A stretch of DNA of 64,000 bases from assembly GCA_902584805.1 (NCBI GenBank), contig CACIBE010000006.1:26638-90637 (forward strand), in the 5' to 3' direction. The translations under genes and the position numbers were made by a program. This document shows positions 1 through 10,715 of the stretch, in pieces (positions within the stretch are counted from its first letter, which is position 1; the number at the start of each line of letters is the position of its first letter). This stretch comes from an uncultured Alphaproteobacteria bacterium (GTDB taxonomy: Bacteria > Pseudomonadota > Alphaproteobacteria > HIMB59 > GCA-002718135). Under the pieces are notes generated by a model. The model was given only the letters and a program-made list of their open reading frames with translations. It had not been told where the DNA came from and made no database searches.

Positions 1-170
1 TCAGTCATTATTGTTGCTGGATTTGAATTAATTAATACAATTTTGTAACCTTCGTCTCTGAGTGACTTACATGCCTGAGCACCCGAGTAATCAAATTCAC
101 AAGCCTGACCAATAACTATTGGGCCTGCACCTACTATTAATATTTTATTTATATCATTTCTTTTTGGCAT
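1..170 (-). CDS. carB: Carbamoyl-phosphate synthase large subunit, N-terminal part (runs off window start)
   Basis: Manual translation of the reverse strand from ATG at 170: [56 protein letters not shown], the canonical CarB N-terminus; overlaps the carA stop. Confidence 0.95.
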   Translation of the reverse strand, partial: MPKRNDINKILIVGAGPIVIGQACEFDYSGAQACKSLRDEGYKIVLINSNPATIMT

Positions 171-1341
171 TATTCTCAATAAGTTTATAAAATTCTTCAA
201 ACAAATAATGACTATCATGTGGACCTGGGCTTGCCTCTGGATGATATTGAACACTAAATACTGGCAAATGCTTATGTCTTAAACCTTCATTAGTCCCATC
301 AAATAGTGATACATGAGTTTCAATTATATCTTTACCAAAACTATCTCTATCAACTTCAAAACCATGATTTTGTGAAGTAATTTCAACAATGCCTGTTGTA
401 AGATTTTTAACAGGATGGTTGGAACCTCTGTGACCCTGAAACATTTTTTTAGTCTTTGCATTTAATGCTAATCCTAAAATTTGATGCCCTAAACATATTC
501 CAAATATTGGAATATTATTATCAATTAATTTTTTAATCACATCAACTATTTTACTACCTGTGGCATAAGGATCACCAGGACCATTTGATAAAAAAATTCC
601 TAAGGGATTAGTTTCCATTATTTCTTCGTAGCTAGAAAATATGTTTAATACAGTTGGGTTAAGATTAAATTCATTTAGATTTCTTAAAATGTTATGCTTG
701 ACTCCAAAGTCTAAGCAAGTGACATTATATTTAATTTGGCTTTTAATTGATTTATCACTTTTCCATATTCCTTTTTTCCAATTATAGTTCTGCTCTGTCG
801 ATACTATCTCAGCCAAATCTAAGTTTTGAAGACCTTTCCACTCATTTATTTGAGTTTTAAGTTTTTCAATTTTATTTTCACCTTCTCCAAAGTGAATAAT
901 TGCTGCCTTCTTTGCTCCCTCAATAGATAATTTCTTAGTTAAATATCTAGTGTCAATTCCAAAAATACATGGAATATTATTTTTTAAAAAATATGAATTT
1001 AAGTCATTTTCTGCTCTCCAATTTGAATATTCTGATAAAGGCTGATTTATTACACAACCATCAGCGTAGATTTTTTTTGACTCTTGATCTTCTTGATTTG
1101 TACCTACAATTCCAACATGTGGAAAAGTAAACGTTATGATTTGTTTAGTATATGAAGGATCAGATAATGCTTCTTGATAGCCTGTCTGAGAAGTATTAAA
1201 ACAAAGCTCACCTATCGCAGCCTTTTTTTCTCCTAATCCATAACCCCACAAGATTTCACCATTTTCTAATACAAGAGCAGCAGATTTATTGTGTATATGT
1301 GGTTCTTTTTTTAAAACTTCCATTATATTTTGATGAAGCAA
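154..1341 (-). CDS. carA: Carbamoyl-phosphate synthase small subunit (true start may be ~1323)
   Basis: [29 protein letters not shown] (catalytic Cys) and [12 protein letters not shown] glutamine amidotransferase motifs. Confidence 0.97.
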   Translation of the reverse strand: MLHQNIMEVLKKEPHIHNKSAALVLENGEILWGYGLGEKKAAIGELCFNTSQTGYQEALSDPSYTKQIITFTFPHVGIVGTNQEDQESKKIYADGCVINQPLSEYSNWRAENDLNSYFLKNNIPCIFGIDTRYLTKKLSIEGAKKAAIIHFGEGENKIEKLKTQINEWKGLQNLDLAEIVSTEQNYNWKKGIWKSDKSIKSQIKYNVTCLDFGVKHNILRNLNEFNLNPTVLNIFSSYEEIMETNPLGIFLSNGPGDPYATGSKIVDVIKKLIDNNIPIFGICLGHQILGLALNAKTKKMFQGHRGSNHPVKNLTTGIVEITSQNHGFEVDRDSFGKDIIETHVSLFDGTNEGLRHKHLPVFSVQYHPEASPGPHDSHYLFEEFYKLIENNAKKK

Positions 1342-1443
1342 AATGATAGTTAGTAGGCATTTATAACAATGTAGTCAAGGATTAGTTGAAAATAAAAAGA
1401 AGAATTATATTATTAAATAAAATTTATTAGAAAGTGAAAAAAT

Positions 1444-1899
1444 ATGAGCTTAAAGGATAAAATTGAAAGTCATTACAACAATTCTATCAAAGAAAAAGAC
1501 AGTAATTCTATAAATACATTACGATTAATAAAGAGTGCAATTAAAGATAAGGAAATTTCTTTGAGAGGTAAGCAAGACTCTTTGAGCGATTCTGATATCT
1601 TAAGTTTACTTCAAAGCTTAGTAAAACAAAGAAAAGACTCAATAGAAGCTTTTGAAAAAGCGAATCGGAATGATCTTATTGAAAATGAACTAAATGAAAT
1701 CAAAGTAATAGAAATGTTTTTACCCAAACAAATGGATGAAGATGAAACAATATTGATCATAAAGAATATAATTCAAGAGAATAATTTTAAATCACTCAAA
1801 GAAATGGGTGCACTTATGAAAATAATTAAGGAAAAATATACTGGAAAAATAGATATGGGTTTAGTTGGAAAAATTGCTAAATCCTTACTGGGCAATTGA
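1444..1899 (+). CDS. GatB/YqeY domain protein
   Basis: 151 aa; LRLIKSAIK...KQRKDSIEAFEKANR...FLPKQM..MGALM pattern; usual position upstream of dnaG. Confidence 0.9.
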   Translation: MSLKDKIESHYNNSIKEKDSNSINTLRLIKSAIKDKEISLRGKQDSLSDSDILSLLQSLVKQRKDSIEAFEKANRNDLIENELNEIKVIEMFLPKQMDEDETILIIKNIIQENNFKSLKEMGALMKIIKEKYTGKIDMGLVGKIAKSLLGN

Positions 1900-3647
1900 T
1901 GTCATTTTCAAAAAATGATCTTGAATTAATAAAATCAAAAATAATTCTTTCACAAGAAATTGAAAAGAAAACAAAAGTTATAAAAAAAGGTAAAGATAGT
2001 TGGTGTTGCTGCCCTTTTCACGATGAAAAAACTCCATCTTGCAAAATAAATGATGATTTAGGTTCCTATTACTGTTTTGGATGTGGGGCAAAAGGAGATA
2101 TATTTACCATATATACAGAGCTATATAATTTTTCATTCCCTGAGGCAGTAAAAGAATTAGCTCAAAGAGTTGGCATTAGAATAGTTGATAATTTTGATTC
2201 AAATTTTGCTAAAAAAAATAATAAAATTTTTCAAATTTTAGAAATTTCGACAAAGTGGTTTCAAGATAATCTTCATGCAAATAAAGATTGTCAAAGATAT
2301 TTAAATAAAAGAAATTTATCAGAAGAGACTATTAAGTATTTTAAGTTAGGATTTTCTTCTAGTTCAAAACAAACTCTTTATGAATTTCTAAAAGAACAAG
2401 ATTTTGAAGATAAAGAACTGCTTGAAAGTAATGTAGTAAAATTAGATAAAAATAATAAGATACGTGATTTTTTTTACAATAGGCTTATTTTTCCAATTAC
2501 AAATGAATATGGAAAAATTGTTGGATTTGGAGGAAGAGTACTAGATAATTCAAATCCAAAATATATTAATTCTCCTGAGAGTGATTTTTTTAAAAAAAGA
2601 AATATTTTGTATAATCTTTTTAATGCTAAACAAACCATAAGGTCAAAAAAAAATATGTTAATTTGTGAGGGTTATATGGATGTAATAAGTTTGTATGACA
2701 AAAATATTAAAACAGCTGTAGCTCCACTTGGCACTTCTTTAACTGAAAACCATCTTTTATTATCATGGAAATATGTAAACAAACCAACATTAATGTTTGA
2801 TGGAGATACATCAGGTTTAAAAGCTTCTTTTAAAAGTGCTATAATGTCATTACCCTACTTAACTCCTTCAAAATTATTACAATTTATTATTTTACCAAAT
2901 GAATATGATCCTGATACTTTCATAAATGAATATTCGTTAAGCAAATTTGCAAAATATTTAAAAAATCCACTTTCAGTTGTAGATTTTATTTTTCAGGAAT
3001 CATCAAAATCAATTGATTTACAAAAATCTGACAATAAAGTTATTTTTGATAGCTATATTGATGAATTAGTCAGCAATATAAAAGATAGTAAAATAAAATA
3101 TTTTTACAAAAATGAGTTTAAATCTCTATTTTTTCAAAAACTAAAATCATTTTCTACTAAAAAACAATCTATTAAAATTGCTCCAAAAACGATTTCATTA
3201 AAAGATAAACAAATATATTCTTTTCTGACAGCTTATTTAAATCATATGAATTTAAGACAAGAGATCTATTCGCTGTTGACAGCTTCTGAATTATTAAATG
3301 ATGATCAGACTGAATTCTTAAATTTTATTCATAAATCAGAGTTTTTTGAAGTTGATATAGATAATATTAATACTAATAAATTGCCCAATAAAGTATCTAA
3401 AATTTACCATAAAACAAAGGATAATAGTATATTTCAACTTTTTCCTTATGTACGCCTAGACCATGATTCTGAGGAAGTTATAAATGAAATTAAAGAATCC
3501 ATAAATAATTTGAAGACAAGACTTTCAAATTTGAAAAAAATAAATAAAAGCCTAAATGATATAGATAATAATTCATCTACAATGACTTGGGATGAGTTAA
3601 AAAATATTACTTTTAATCTTCACAACAATGAAGAGTTATTAAAATAA
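1896..3647 (+). CDS. dnaG: DNA primase
   Basis: [10 protein letters not shown]...CFGCG zinc finger, GFGGR, KYINSPE, EGYMDV, TOPRIM FDGD. Confidence 0.97.
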   Translation: MMSFSKNDLELIKSKIILSQEIEKKTKVIKKGKDSWCCCPFHDEKTPSCKINDDLGSYYCFGCGAKGDIFTIYTELYNFSFPEAVKELAQRVGIRIVDNFDSNFAKKNNKIFQILEISTKWFQDNLHANKDCQRYLNKRNLSEETIKYFKLGFSSSSKQTLYEFLKEQDFEDKELLESNVVKLDKNNKIRDFFYNRLIFPITNEYGKIVGFGGRVLDNSNPKYINSPESDFFKKRNILYNLFNAKQTIRSKKNMLICEGYMDVISLYDKNIKTAVAPLGTSLTENHLLLSWKYVNKPTLMFDGDTSGLKASFKSAIMSLPYLTPSKLLQFIILPNEYDPDTFINEYSLSKFAKYLKNPLSVVDFIFQESSKSIDLQKSDNKVIFDSYIDELVSNIKDSKIKYFYKNEFKSLFFQKLKSFSTKKQSIKIAPKTISLKDKQIYSFLTAYLNHMNLRQEIYSLLTASELLNDDQTEFLNFIHKSEFFEVDIDNINTNKLPNKVSKIYHKTKDNSIFQLFPYVRLDHDSEEVINEIKESINNLKTRLSNLKKINKSLNDIDNNSSTMTWDELKNITFNLHNNEELLK

Positions 3648-3651
3648 AGTT

Positions 3652-5811
3652 ATGACTAAAAAGAAGAAAAAAACTGTAAAGAAGAAAACAAAGGCACCTA
3701 AAAAGAAAACTTCTATTAAAAAAAAATTAGCTAAGAAGAAATTTATTTCTAAACCATCTAAACCATCTAAATCAAAAATTATAAAAAAAACAAAAAAAAC
3801 TATTACAAAAAAAGTATCTAAGAAGTCTTTAACTAAAGCTTCAAAAGAAGATAAGCCTAAAAGAATACCAAAAGCAATTTCAGGTTTTGAAGAAAAAATA
3901 AAAGAAATATTTGCCAAATTAATTAATAAACATAAAATTGATGGAATATATACTCAAAAAATAATTGAAAAAGCTATCCCTAAAAAATTTAGACTCGAGG
4001 AAAATATTAAAAAATTTAGTAATCTTATTACCTCCAATAACATTAAAATTCATACTGATGAAGAGGCAAAAGAATTAATAGCTCTAGCAAAAGAACAAAC
4101 TACAAAAGCTGAAGAGGGAGATGATGACCAAGAAAAAAAACAAACTGGAAAAACAGATGACCCAGTAAGATTATATTTAAGAGATATGGGGGCTGTAGAG
4201 CTTCTTAGTAGAGAGGGTGAAATAGCTATAGCTAAAAGAATAGAAGCAGGAAGAGAAAAAATGATTGGTGCAATTTGTGAAAGCCCAATGACGATTAGAT
4301 CAATTATCAATTGGAAAGATGCCATTAAAGATGGGACTATGCTTTTAAGAGATATAGTGGATTTGGAAGCTACTTACGATATGTCAGATATTTCTGATTC
4401 AAAATTAGAAGATACACTTAAGCTTATTGAAAGTGGTGGAGATGATAAGGAAGACGATAAAAAAAAGAAAGATAATAAAGAAAATAATCAAGAAAATAGT
4501 GAAGAAGAGCAACAACAAGAGGATGAGGATGACGACAGTCTTAATGTTTCACTGGCAGCAATGGAAGAAAAGCTTAAACCAAAAGTATTAAACGATTTTA
4601 ATGATATAACAAAGTTATTCAAAAAACTTCAAAAACACAGTCAAGAATTAATCAATGCAGATAAAAAAAATGAAAAAAATTATGCATCTTTAGAAAAAAA
4701 ATATTTAAAAATACAAAAAGAAATGGTTGGAGCAATGAAAGCTGTTCATTTTAACTCTACAACTATTGAAGCTCTAATGGAAGCTCTTTATGAACTTAAT
4801 AAAAAACTACTTTTAAGAGAAGGAAAAATGTTAAGAATGGCTACAAGCTCAGGAGTTAAAAGAGAGGATTTTGTTGACAAATATTTAAATTTTAATTTTG
4901 AAAAAAATTGGATACAAAGTCTTCTGGCAACCAAAGATAAAAATTGGGAAAAGTTCATAAATAGGAATCATATTGAAGTTAATAAAAATATTGAAGAGAT
5001 AAAAGAAATTCAAACAGCTTCAGAACTACCTTTACCAGAGTTTAGAAGAATAGTTGGTACTGTTCAACAAGGTGAAAGATCGGCAAATAGAGCAAAGAAA
5101 GAGATGATAGAATCTAATTTAAGATTAGTTATTTCTATAGCCAAAAAATATACAAATAGAGGTCTTCAGTTTTTAGATTTGATACAAGAAGGTAATATTG
5201 GTCTTATGAAAGCAGTTGATAAATTTGAATATAGAAGAGGTTATAAATTTTCTACTTATGCTACATGGTGGATTAGACAAGCAATAACAAGATCAATTGC
5301 TGATCAAGCAAGAACTATAAGAATACCAGTTCACATGATAGAAACAATAAATAAAATTGTTAGAACCACAAGACAAATAATGTCTGAAATTGGAAGAGAA
5401 CCTACTCCGAATGAGTTAGCAGATAGACTTCATATGCCATTAGATAAAGTTAAAAAAGTTTTAAAAATTGCAAAAGAACCAATAAGTTTAGAAACTCCTG
5501 TTGGAGATGAAGAAGATAGTTCTTTAGGAGATTTTATTGAAGATAAAAATGCTCTTATACCAATAGATGCGGCTGTAAAAAGCTCATTACGTGATACTAC
5601 TACAAGAATACTATCTTCATTAACTCCAAGAGAAGAGAGAGTTTTAAGAATGCGTTTTGGTATTGGTATGAATAGTGATCATACTCTAGAAGAAGTTGGT
5701 CAGCAATTTAGTGTTACTAGAGAAAGAATAAGACAAATTGAAGCTAAAGCATTAAGAAAATTAAAACATCCGACTAGGGCAAGGAAATTAAAAACATTTT
5801 TAGATGAATGA
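3652..5811 (+). CDS. rpoD: RNA polymerase primary sigma factor (sigma70) with Lys-rich N-terminal extension
   Basis: [13 protein letters not shown] (region 1.2), [39 protein letters not shown] (region 2), [27 protein letters not shown] (region 4). Confidence 0.98.
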   Translation: MTKKKKKTVKKKTKAPKKKTSIKKKLAKKKFISKPSKPSKSKIIKKTKKTITKKVSKKSLTKASKEDKPKRIPKAISGFEEKIKEIFAKLINKHKIDGIYTQKIIEKAIPKKFRLEENIKKFSNLITSNNIKIHTDEEAKELIALAKEQTTKAEEGDDDQEKKQTGKTDDPVRLYLRDMGAVELLSREGEIAIAKRIEAGREKMIGAICESPMTIRSIINWKDAIKDGTMLLRDIVDLEATYDMSDISDSKLEDTLKLIESGGDDKEDDKKKKDNKENNQENSEEEQQQEDEDDDSLNVSLAAMEEKLKPKVLNDFNDITKLFKKLQKHSQELINADKKNEKNYASLEKKYLKIQKEMVGAMKAVHFNSTTIEALMEALYELNKKLLLREGKMLRMATSSGVKREDFVDKYLNFNFEKNWIQSLLATKDKNWEKFINRNHIEVNKNIEEIKEIQTASELPLPEFRRIVGTVQQGERSANRAKKEMIESNLRLVISIAKKYTNRGLQFLDLIQEGNIGLMKAVDKFEYRRGYKFSTYATWWIRQAITRSIADQARTIRIPVHMIETINKIVRTTRQIMSEIGREPTPNELADRLHMPLDKVKKVLKIAKEPISLETPVGDEEDSSLGDFIEDKNALIPIDAAVKSSLRDTTTRILSSLTPREERVLRMRFGIGMNSDHTLEEVGQQFSVTRERIRQIEAKALRKLKHPTRARKLKTFLDE
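3748..3774 (+). repeat. In-frame 9-bp tandem repeat (TCTAAACCA x2 + TCTAAATCA) encoding SKPSKPSKS in the RpoD basic extension
   Basis: Read directly from the sequence. Confidence 0.8.
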
Positions 5812-6638
5812 TGAAGCTAACGCTTCTAGGAACAGGATGCCCCTCAATTGATTATAAAAGGTGTGGTGCATCAAACCTTGTATCAACAAAAAAAACTAAA
5901 ATTTTAATTGATTGTGGTTCTGGAGTAACGCAAAGATTAAATCAAAGTAAAAACTCTTCGACTGATATTGACGCTTTACTACTTACCCATTTACACACTG
6001 ATCATGTTATAGATTTGTATCAACTAATCATTTCTTCTTGGCACTCCGATAGAGATTCAATATGGAAAATATATGGACCAAAAGGAACAAAGAAATTTGT
6101 TGATAAAATATTTTCAGCTTGGAAAATTGAACGTCAATTAAGAATTTCTTATGAAAAAAGAAAATCAACAAATGCTCTTAAATATAAAGTTTATGAATTA
6201 AAAAAAAATGGCTCAATAAAAATAAACGATATAAAAATTAAATATTTTGAAGTTGATCACAAACCAGTGCCATATGCATATGGTTTTTCATTTTATAATA
6301 ATAAGAAAAAATTAACAATTAGTGGAGATACACGACCGTGTGAGAGTTTAATGCAAAATGCTCAGAACTCAGATGTTTTACTTCATGAGGTTTTTATAGA
6401 ATATGAAATGAATAAAACGTCTAAACTTAGAACTAAAAAAACATTACATAATGTCAAAGAATATCACACACCAAGTAATCTTGTGGGCAAAGTTGCTAAA
6501 TTATCAAATTGTAAAGAACTTGTATTAACACATTTTGTTCCAACAAGATTTAATGCTTCAAAATTAAAGAAAATTGTAAAAAAAGATTTTGGTAAAGATC
6601 CTATTATTGGAGAAGATTTATTAACTATAAGTATCTAG
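5808..6638 (+). CDS. Metallo-beta-lactamase-fold hydrolase, RNase Z/ElaC/AtsA-like
   Basis: LTLLGTG N-terminus, LIDCG, THLHTDH (HxHxDH), ISGDT, LLHE, YHT, LTHF; ATGA overlap with the rpoD stop. Confidence 0.85.
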   Translation: MMKLTLLGTGCPSIDYKRCGASNLVSTKKTKILIDCGSGVTQRLNQSKNSSTDIDALLLTHLHTDHVIDLYQLIISSWHSDRDSIWKIYGPKGTKKFVDKIFSAWKIERQLRISYEKRKSTNALKYKVYELKKNGSIKINDIKIKYFEVDHKPVPYAYGFSFYNNKKKLTISGDTRPCESLMQNAQNSDVLLHEVFIEYEMNKTSKLRTKKTLHNVKEYHTPSNLVGKVAKLSNCKELVLTHFVPTRFNASKLKKIVKKDFGKDPIIGEDLLTISI

Positions 6639-7462
6639 CCAACTTTAGTCAAAAATTTTTCGAACTCTTCATCTTTTATTTCAACAACATTTGATGGAGT
6701 TGGAAATTTTTTAGTGTTTACGTCTTCAATAAAATTTTTAAGACCTTCTATAGTATCATCAACAAGTTTTTCGTAAGATTTATTTGTATCCTTAAAAACT
6801 TTAGCATGACGAGGTACTCTATCTGTATTTGTTCCAATAACATCTTGAATAAATAAAAACTCAACATCACATTTAGGACCACTGCCCATGGATAACGTTA
6901 ATAAATTAACTTTATTTGTAATTATTTCTGCAACTCTATCAGGAACACATTCTACCTCTAGACCTATAGCCCCAGCTTGGTCATATGCTAAAGCATCTTG
7001 ATAAACCCTATAAGCAGACTGTGCATCTTTTCCAACTGCTTTGAACCCACCTGTCCATGTACTTTTATATGGAATTAAGCCAATATGACTGACTGCTGGT
7101 AAACCTTCATTGCGAAGAGCTTCTATATATTTTGGACTATTACCGCAATAAACTGCATCAGCACCATTTTCCCTTGCTATAAGTGCAGCATCAATTGCTT
7201 TTTCTGGTGAAGATAGTTGACCAAGGCCATAAATCATAAATGTGTTTGGTGCTGCATCACGAATATCTTTAATATGAGCGTCTCTAAACCATTTATTTGT
7301 TGGTACACCTGTTCTTAATGTCTCTTTTTTGAATGAAACAATTTGAATATCTATTCCAGCCTCTTCAGCTGCATATGCCTCTAAAGCATTTGTCACATAT
7401 AGTTCTGTTAATTTAACCTTTCCTTTTTTGTCAAATAAATCTTTAACTGTAAGTTTTGACAT
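6635..7462 (-). CDS. PanB-like (ketopantoate hydroxymethyltransferase fold) protein, divergent paralogue lacking the canonical metal ligands
   Basis: HIGLIP, GGFKAVGK, AGAIGLEVECVP, SMGSG..CD, PRHAKVF match PanB; the GDS, DLPF and KIEG motifs are absent. Confidence 0.8.
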   Translation of the reverse strand: MSKLTVKDLFDKKGKVKLTELYVTNALEAYAAEEAGIDIQIVSFKKETLRTGVPTNKWFRDAHIKDIRDAAPNTFMIYGLGQLSSPEKAIDAALIARENGADAVYCGNSPKYIEALRNEGLPAVSHIGLIPYKSTWTGGFKAVGKDAQSAYRVYQDALAYDQAGAIGLEVECVPDRVAEIITNKVNLLTLSMGSGPKCDVEFLFIQDVIGTNTDRVPRHAKVFKDTNKSYEKLVDDTIEGLKNFIEDVNTKKFPTPSNVVEIKDEEFEKFLTKVG

Positions 7463-8823
7463 TAATGATATTTGGGTAAGTAATTACCGTGTGCTTCAAT
7501 TAATTTATCAACCATTGCATATATTTCATCAATGGATAAATTAGCTCCAGTTAGTGGATCCAGCATTGCAGCGTGATAAATATGCTCTTTTTTATTTGTT
7601 AATGCCGCTTCTGCAGTCAATATTTGAACATTTATATTTGTTCTCATTAAAGCTGCTAAATGTTCAGGTAAACGACCAGTTTTTTGCGGCTGATTGCCTT
7701 TTGAATTAATTAAACAGGGAACTTCAACACAACAATTTGATGGTAAATTATCTATATATCCATCATTCATTACATTACCGTTAATCGTTACTTCATTATT
7801 ATTTGTTACAGCATCCATAATGTATGATGCATATTCTTTTCCTCTTTTTTGAGGTTGATTATGAATAGGTGTCATATCTTTTTCTAAATCGTCCCATAAC
7901 TTGATGTTATTTTCACATCTATCGATATACTCTTCAATTGGAATTTTATATTGATCTATCAAATCTTGTCTGTTTTGTTTAATAAACCAAGGCACATATT
8001 CAGCGAAATGTTCACTAGACTCAGTAACGAAATAACCAAATCGTCTTAAAATTTCATATCTAACTTTTTCATGAAGTACCTTGTCAGATTCACTGTCTTT
8101 ACCTATACTCCTCGTTGAAGTTACTTTATCACTTACTATGTCATCAGCTAATTGTTTTAATTTTGGATAAAGATCTTCTCCACCATTACCATTTTTTTTT
8201 GCAAATTTTTTATAAAAAGCCATATGATTAATCCCAGCACATAGATAATCAATATCTTCAATTTTTTCATTTAAATCTCTAGCAAGCATTTCTGCAGTTC
8301 CTTGTACTGAATGACATAGTCCTATAGAATTAATTCCAGGACACGCGTTATTTATCGCTATCATATTTGAGCACATTGGATTTACATATTGTAACCACAA
8401 AGAATTTGGACAAAGATCCATTATATCTTTACCAATATCTACTAAGACAGGAATTGTTCTAAGCCCCCGCATAATTCCTCCAATGCCAAGAGTATCAGCG
8501 ATTGTTTGTTTTAGGCCAAATTGATTTGGGATATCAAAATCTATAACTGTAGAGGGTTTGTAACCGCCTACTTGAATAGTTGATTGTACAAAATCAGAAC
8601 CCACTAAAGCTTCTTTTCTATTAGTATATGATTTTATATTTGGAGATGCGTCTAATTTTTTTGCAATTACATCTAGTAATTCATGAGAGATTTTTAATCT
8701 TTTCTCATCAATGTCTACCAGCGCAATGTCCATTTTTTTAAAATCATCAATAAACATTAAATCTGTAAAAATATTCTTAGTAAAAACTGCACTTCCTGCA
8801 CCAATTATTGTCAATTTAGTCAT
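7462..8823 (-). CDS. melA: GH4 NAD+/Mn2+-dependent alpha-galactosidase, E. coli MelA type
   Basis: IGAGSAVF, QVGGY, QTIADTLGIGGIMRGLRTIP, YVNPM, GLCHSVQGTA (CHSV motif), AGINH, GYFVTESSEHFAEYVPWF. Confidence 0.88.
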   Translation of the reverse strand: MTKLTIIGAGSAVFTKNIFTDLMFIDDFKKMDIALVDIDEKRLKISHELLDVIAKKLDASPNIKSYTNRKEALVGSDFVQSTIQVGGYKPSTVIDFDIPNQFGLKQTIADTLGIGGIMRGLRTIPVLVDIGKDIMDLCPNSLWLQYVNPMCSNMIAINNACPGINSIGLCHSVQGTAEMLARDLNEKIEDIDYLCAGINHMAFYKKFAKKNGNGGEDLYPKLKQLADDIVSDKVTSTRSIGKDSESDKVLHEKVRYEILRRFGYFVTESSEHFAEYVPWFIKQNRQDLIDQYKIPIEEYIDRCENNIKLWDDLEKDMTPIHNQPQKRGKEYASYIMDAVTNNNEVTINGNVMNDGYIDNLPSNCCVEVPCLINSKGNQPQKTGRLPEHLAALMRTNINVQILTAEAALTNKKEHIYHAAMLDPLTGANLSIDEIYAMVDKLIEAHGNYLPKYH

Positions 8824-8855
8824 TTTGTATCTCTGTTTTTTTTATATAATTATTA

Positions 8856-9848
8856 TTAATTCTGATCATAAGGTAATTTGACTTTATAATATCCATTTAA
8901 ATCAAATGCTAGTTTAATTAAAGATGGCAATACTTTTTTATAAAAATCAAAAAGACCATAAAATGGAATCGGCAAAGAGTCCTTTATTTCATTCCTTAAT
9001 TTTTTCAGATTATAAGAAGGCACCATTGGAAACATATGATGTTCTGTATGATATTCCATATGCCAATAATAAAAACTTAATATTGGATTTAAGATAATTG
9101 TATGTGTACTTAATCTATGATCTTTGGTATCGATTTTTGCTGCTAAGTGTTGCGTTACATTAACAGCAAAATGTACAGGTCTTCCAATAAAAGTTGGTAA
9201 AAAATAAAATATTATTGGCCACAAGTTATTAAAATAAATAGAAATTGAAATAATTATAGCCCAAATAAATATTATTATTCTTGCATTACTTATTATTTTT
9301 TTTTGTTGATCTTTAGGGGCGCTAATTTTTATAGCAGGACTCATAATTCCTAAAGATGATTTAATTGTTCCAACAAAAGAAGATTGGTGAATAAAAAATA
9401 TATCTGAAAGAGGAACAAATTTTAAAAAAAATTTTAATAGGTCTGTAGGTCTTGAAACTTCAATTTCATGATCATATTCACCTTCTGTCTGTAATGTATT
9501 TGAGTGATGAAATGTATGACTCCATCTATGACCAACTGGTTCAGTATGCAGCTGAAAAGATGAAATGTATAAAAAAACTTCATTAATCCAGCGAGTTTTA
9601 AAAGCTGTACGATGAATTGTTTCATGAAGATTAGAAATAGCAAATGTATAGATTGTAGAATAAATAAAAAAGAAAAAGTAAAACAAAATACTGCCCCAAT
9701 AAAAATACGAAAGATAACCAAAGAATATAAGTGATGAAAAATATATTAAAAAATGAATCAAACCTGGTCTATCACTTCTTTTTGAAAGTTCTTTGAGTTT
9801 TTTCTTTTCAATCTTAGGAATATACCATGTGGAAGAATTTATATGCAT
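8856..9848 (-). CDS. Membrane di-iron oxygenase/desaturase, MocD-like
   Basis: Three His boxes HETIH, HTFHH, YHTEHH; hydrophobic segments; LKELSKRSD and HRTAFKTRWIN segments resemble rhizobial MocD. Confidence 0.78.
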   Translation of the reverse strand: MHINSSTWYIPKIEKKKLKELSKRSDRPGLIHFLIYFSSLIFFGYLSYFYWGSILFYFFFFIYSTIYTFAISNLHETIHRTAFKTRWINEVFLYISSFQLHTEPVGHRWSHTFHHSNTLQTEGEYDHEIEVSRPTDLLKFFLKFVPLSDIFFIHQSSFVGTIKSSLGIMSPAIKISAPKDQQKKIISNARIIIFIWAIIISISIYFNNLWPIIFYFLPTFIGRPVHFAVNVTQHLAAKIDTKDHRLSTHTIILNPILSFYYWHMEYHTEHHMFPMVPSYNLKKLRNEIKDSLPIPFYGLFDFYKKVLPSLIKLAFDLNGYYKVKLPYDQN

Positions 9849-9917
9849 AATTCTAATTCAGTAAGTATAAATCATTTTTTTAAAATATTATTATAAAATA
9901 TTTTAGGCTTCATTTTA

Positions 9918-10649
9918 TTAATATTCCATAATCGAATTATATGGAGAAATTTTTAATGGCGAGTAACTTGCATGACTGTTTTCTTTATATGGATCATTGG
10001 ACTTAGTATTAAAACACACAATTAATGTTCTTCTAGATTCATTTGATTTATTTGCATCAGAGGAATGTAAAAGATTTGCATGAAAAAAAAGTGCGTCACC
10101 TGGATTAGCTTCAATATGGACACACTCATGTCTTTTTTCTAATTCGCGTATTCTATCCAAGTCAGCTGTTTGTTCAGGAGTATCAGAAATGCCATGACCA
10201 ATTCTTCCAACTTTTTGTGATCCTTTTAAAACTTTCAGACATCCATTTTCTTTTGTAGCTTTGTCCAACATTATAAAGCAAGACCCCATGTCGGGGTAAA
10301 GACATGCGTTATGATACCAGTATCCATAATCTTGATGCCAATCAAAACCTCCATCACCAGGTTTTTTCCAAATTACTTTTGAGTGATAATGATAGACCTC
10401 ATCCTCAAGAAATTCTTCCATTGGTTTAACAATTCTCTCATTAGTAGAAAATTTACCAAATAAATCATCAGATGGATGATTCCATAAAGTAATATTTAAT
10501 TTACCTGTAGAGCTAAAAGTTTCTCTGGCTTGATCTTCTTTTTCAGAATTGTCTTCGATATACCTTATTAGCTTTAATACTTCATCTTTAGAAAAAAGAT
10601 TTCTTTTAAGAATATATCCATTATTTCTGAAATCTGAAAAATCTGTCAT
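9918..10649 (-). CDS. Fe(II)/2-oxoglutarate dioxygenase, PhyH family (canonical HxD...H triad)
   Basis: W-H105-Q-D107, ENGCLKVLKGS, GDALFFHANLLHSS, SRR (2-OG-binding Arg). Confidence 0.88.
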   Translation of the reverse strand: MTDFSDFRNNGYILKRNLFSKDEVLKLIRYIEDNSEKEDQARETFSSTGKLNITLWNHPSDDLFGKFSTNERIVKPMEEFLEDEVYHYHSKVIWKKPGDGGFDWHQDYGYWYHNACLYPDMGSCFIMLDKATKENGCLKVLKGSQKVGRIGHGISDTPEQTADLDRIRELEKRHECVHIEANPGDALFFHANLLHSSDANKSNESRRTLIVCFNTKSNDPYKENSHASYSPLKISPYNSIMEY

Positions 10650-10658
10650 TGTTAGTTT

Positions 10659-10687
10659 ATGTTAAAAATAAATAATAATATTGTCAA
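10659..10687 (-). promoter_or_regulatory. sigma70 promoter for the PhyH-MocD-melA-panB-like operon
   Basis: Minus strand TTGACA (10687-10682), 17 bp spacer, TAACAT (10664-10659); start codon at 10649. Confidence 0.65.
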
Positions 10688-10715
10688 ATAATTTAAGGAG
10701 TTTAAGAATAATCAT

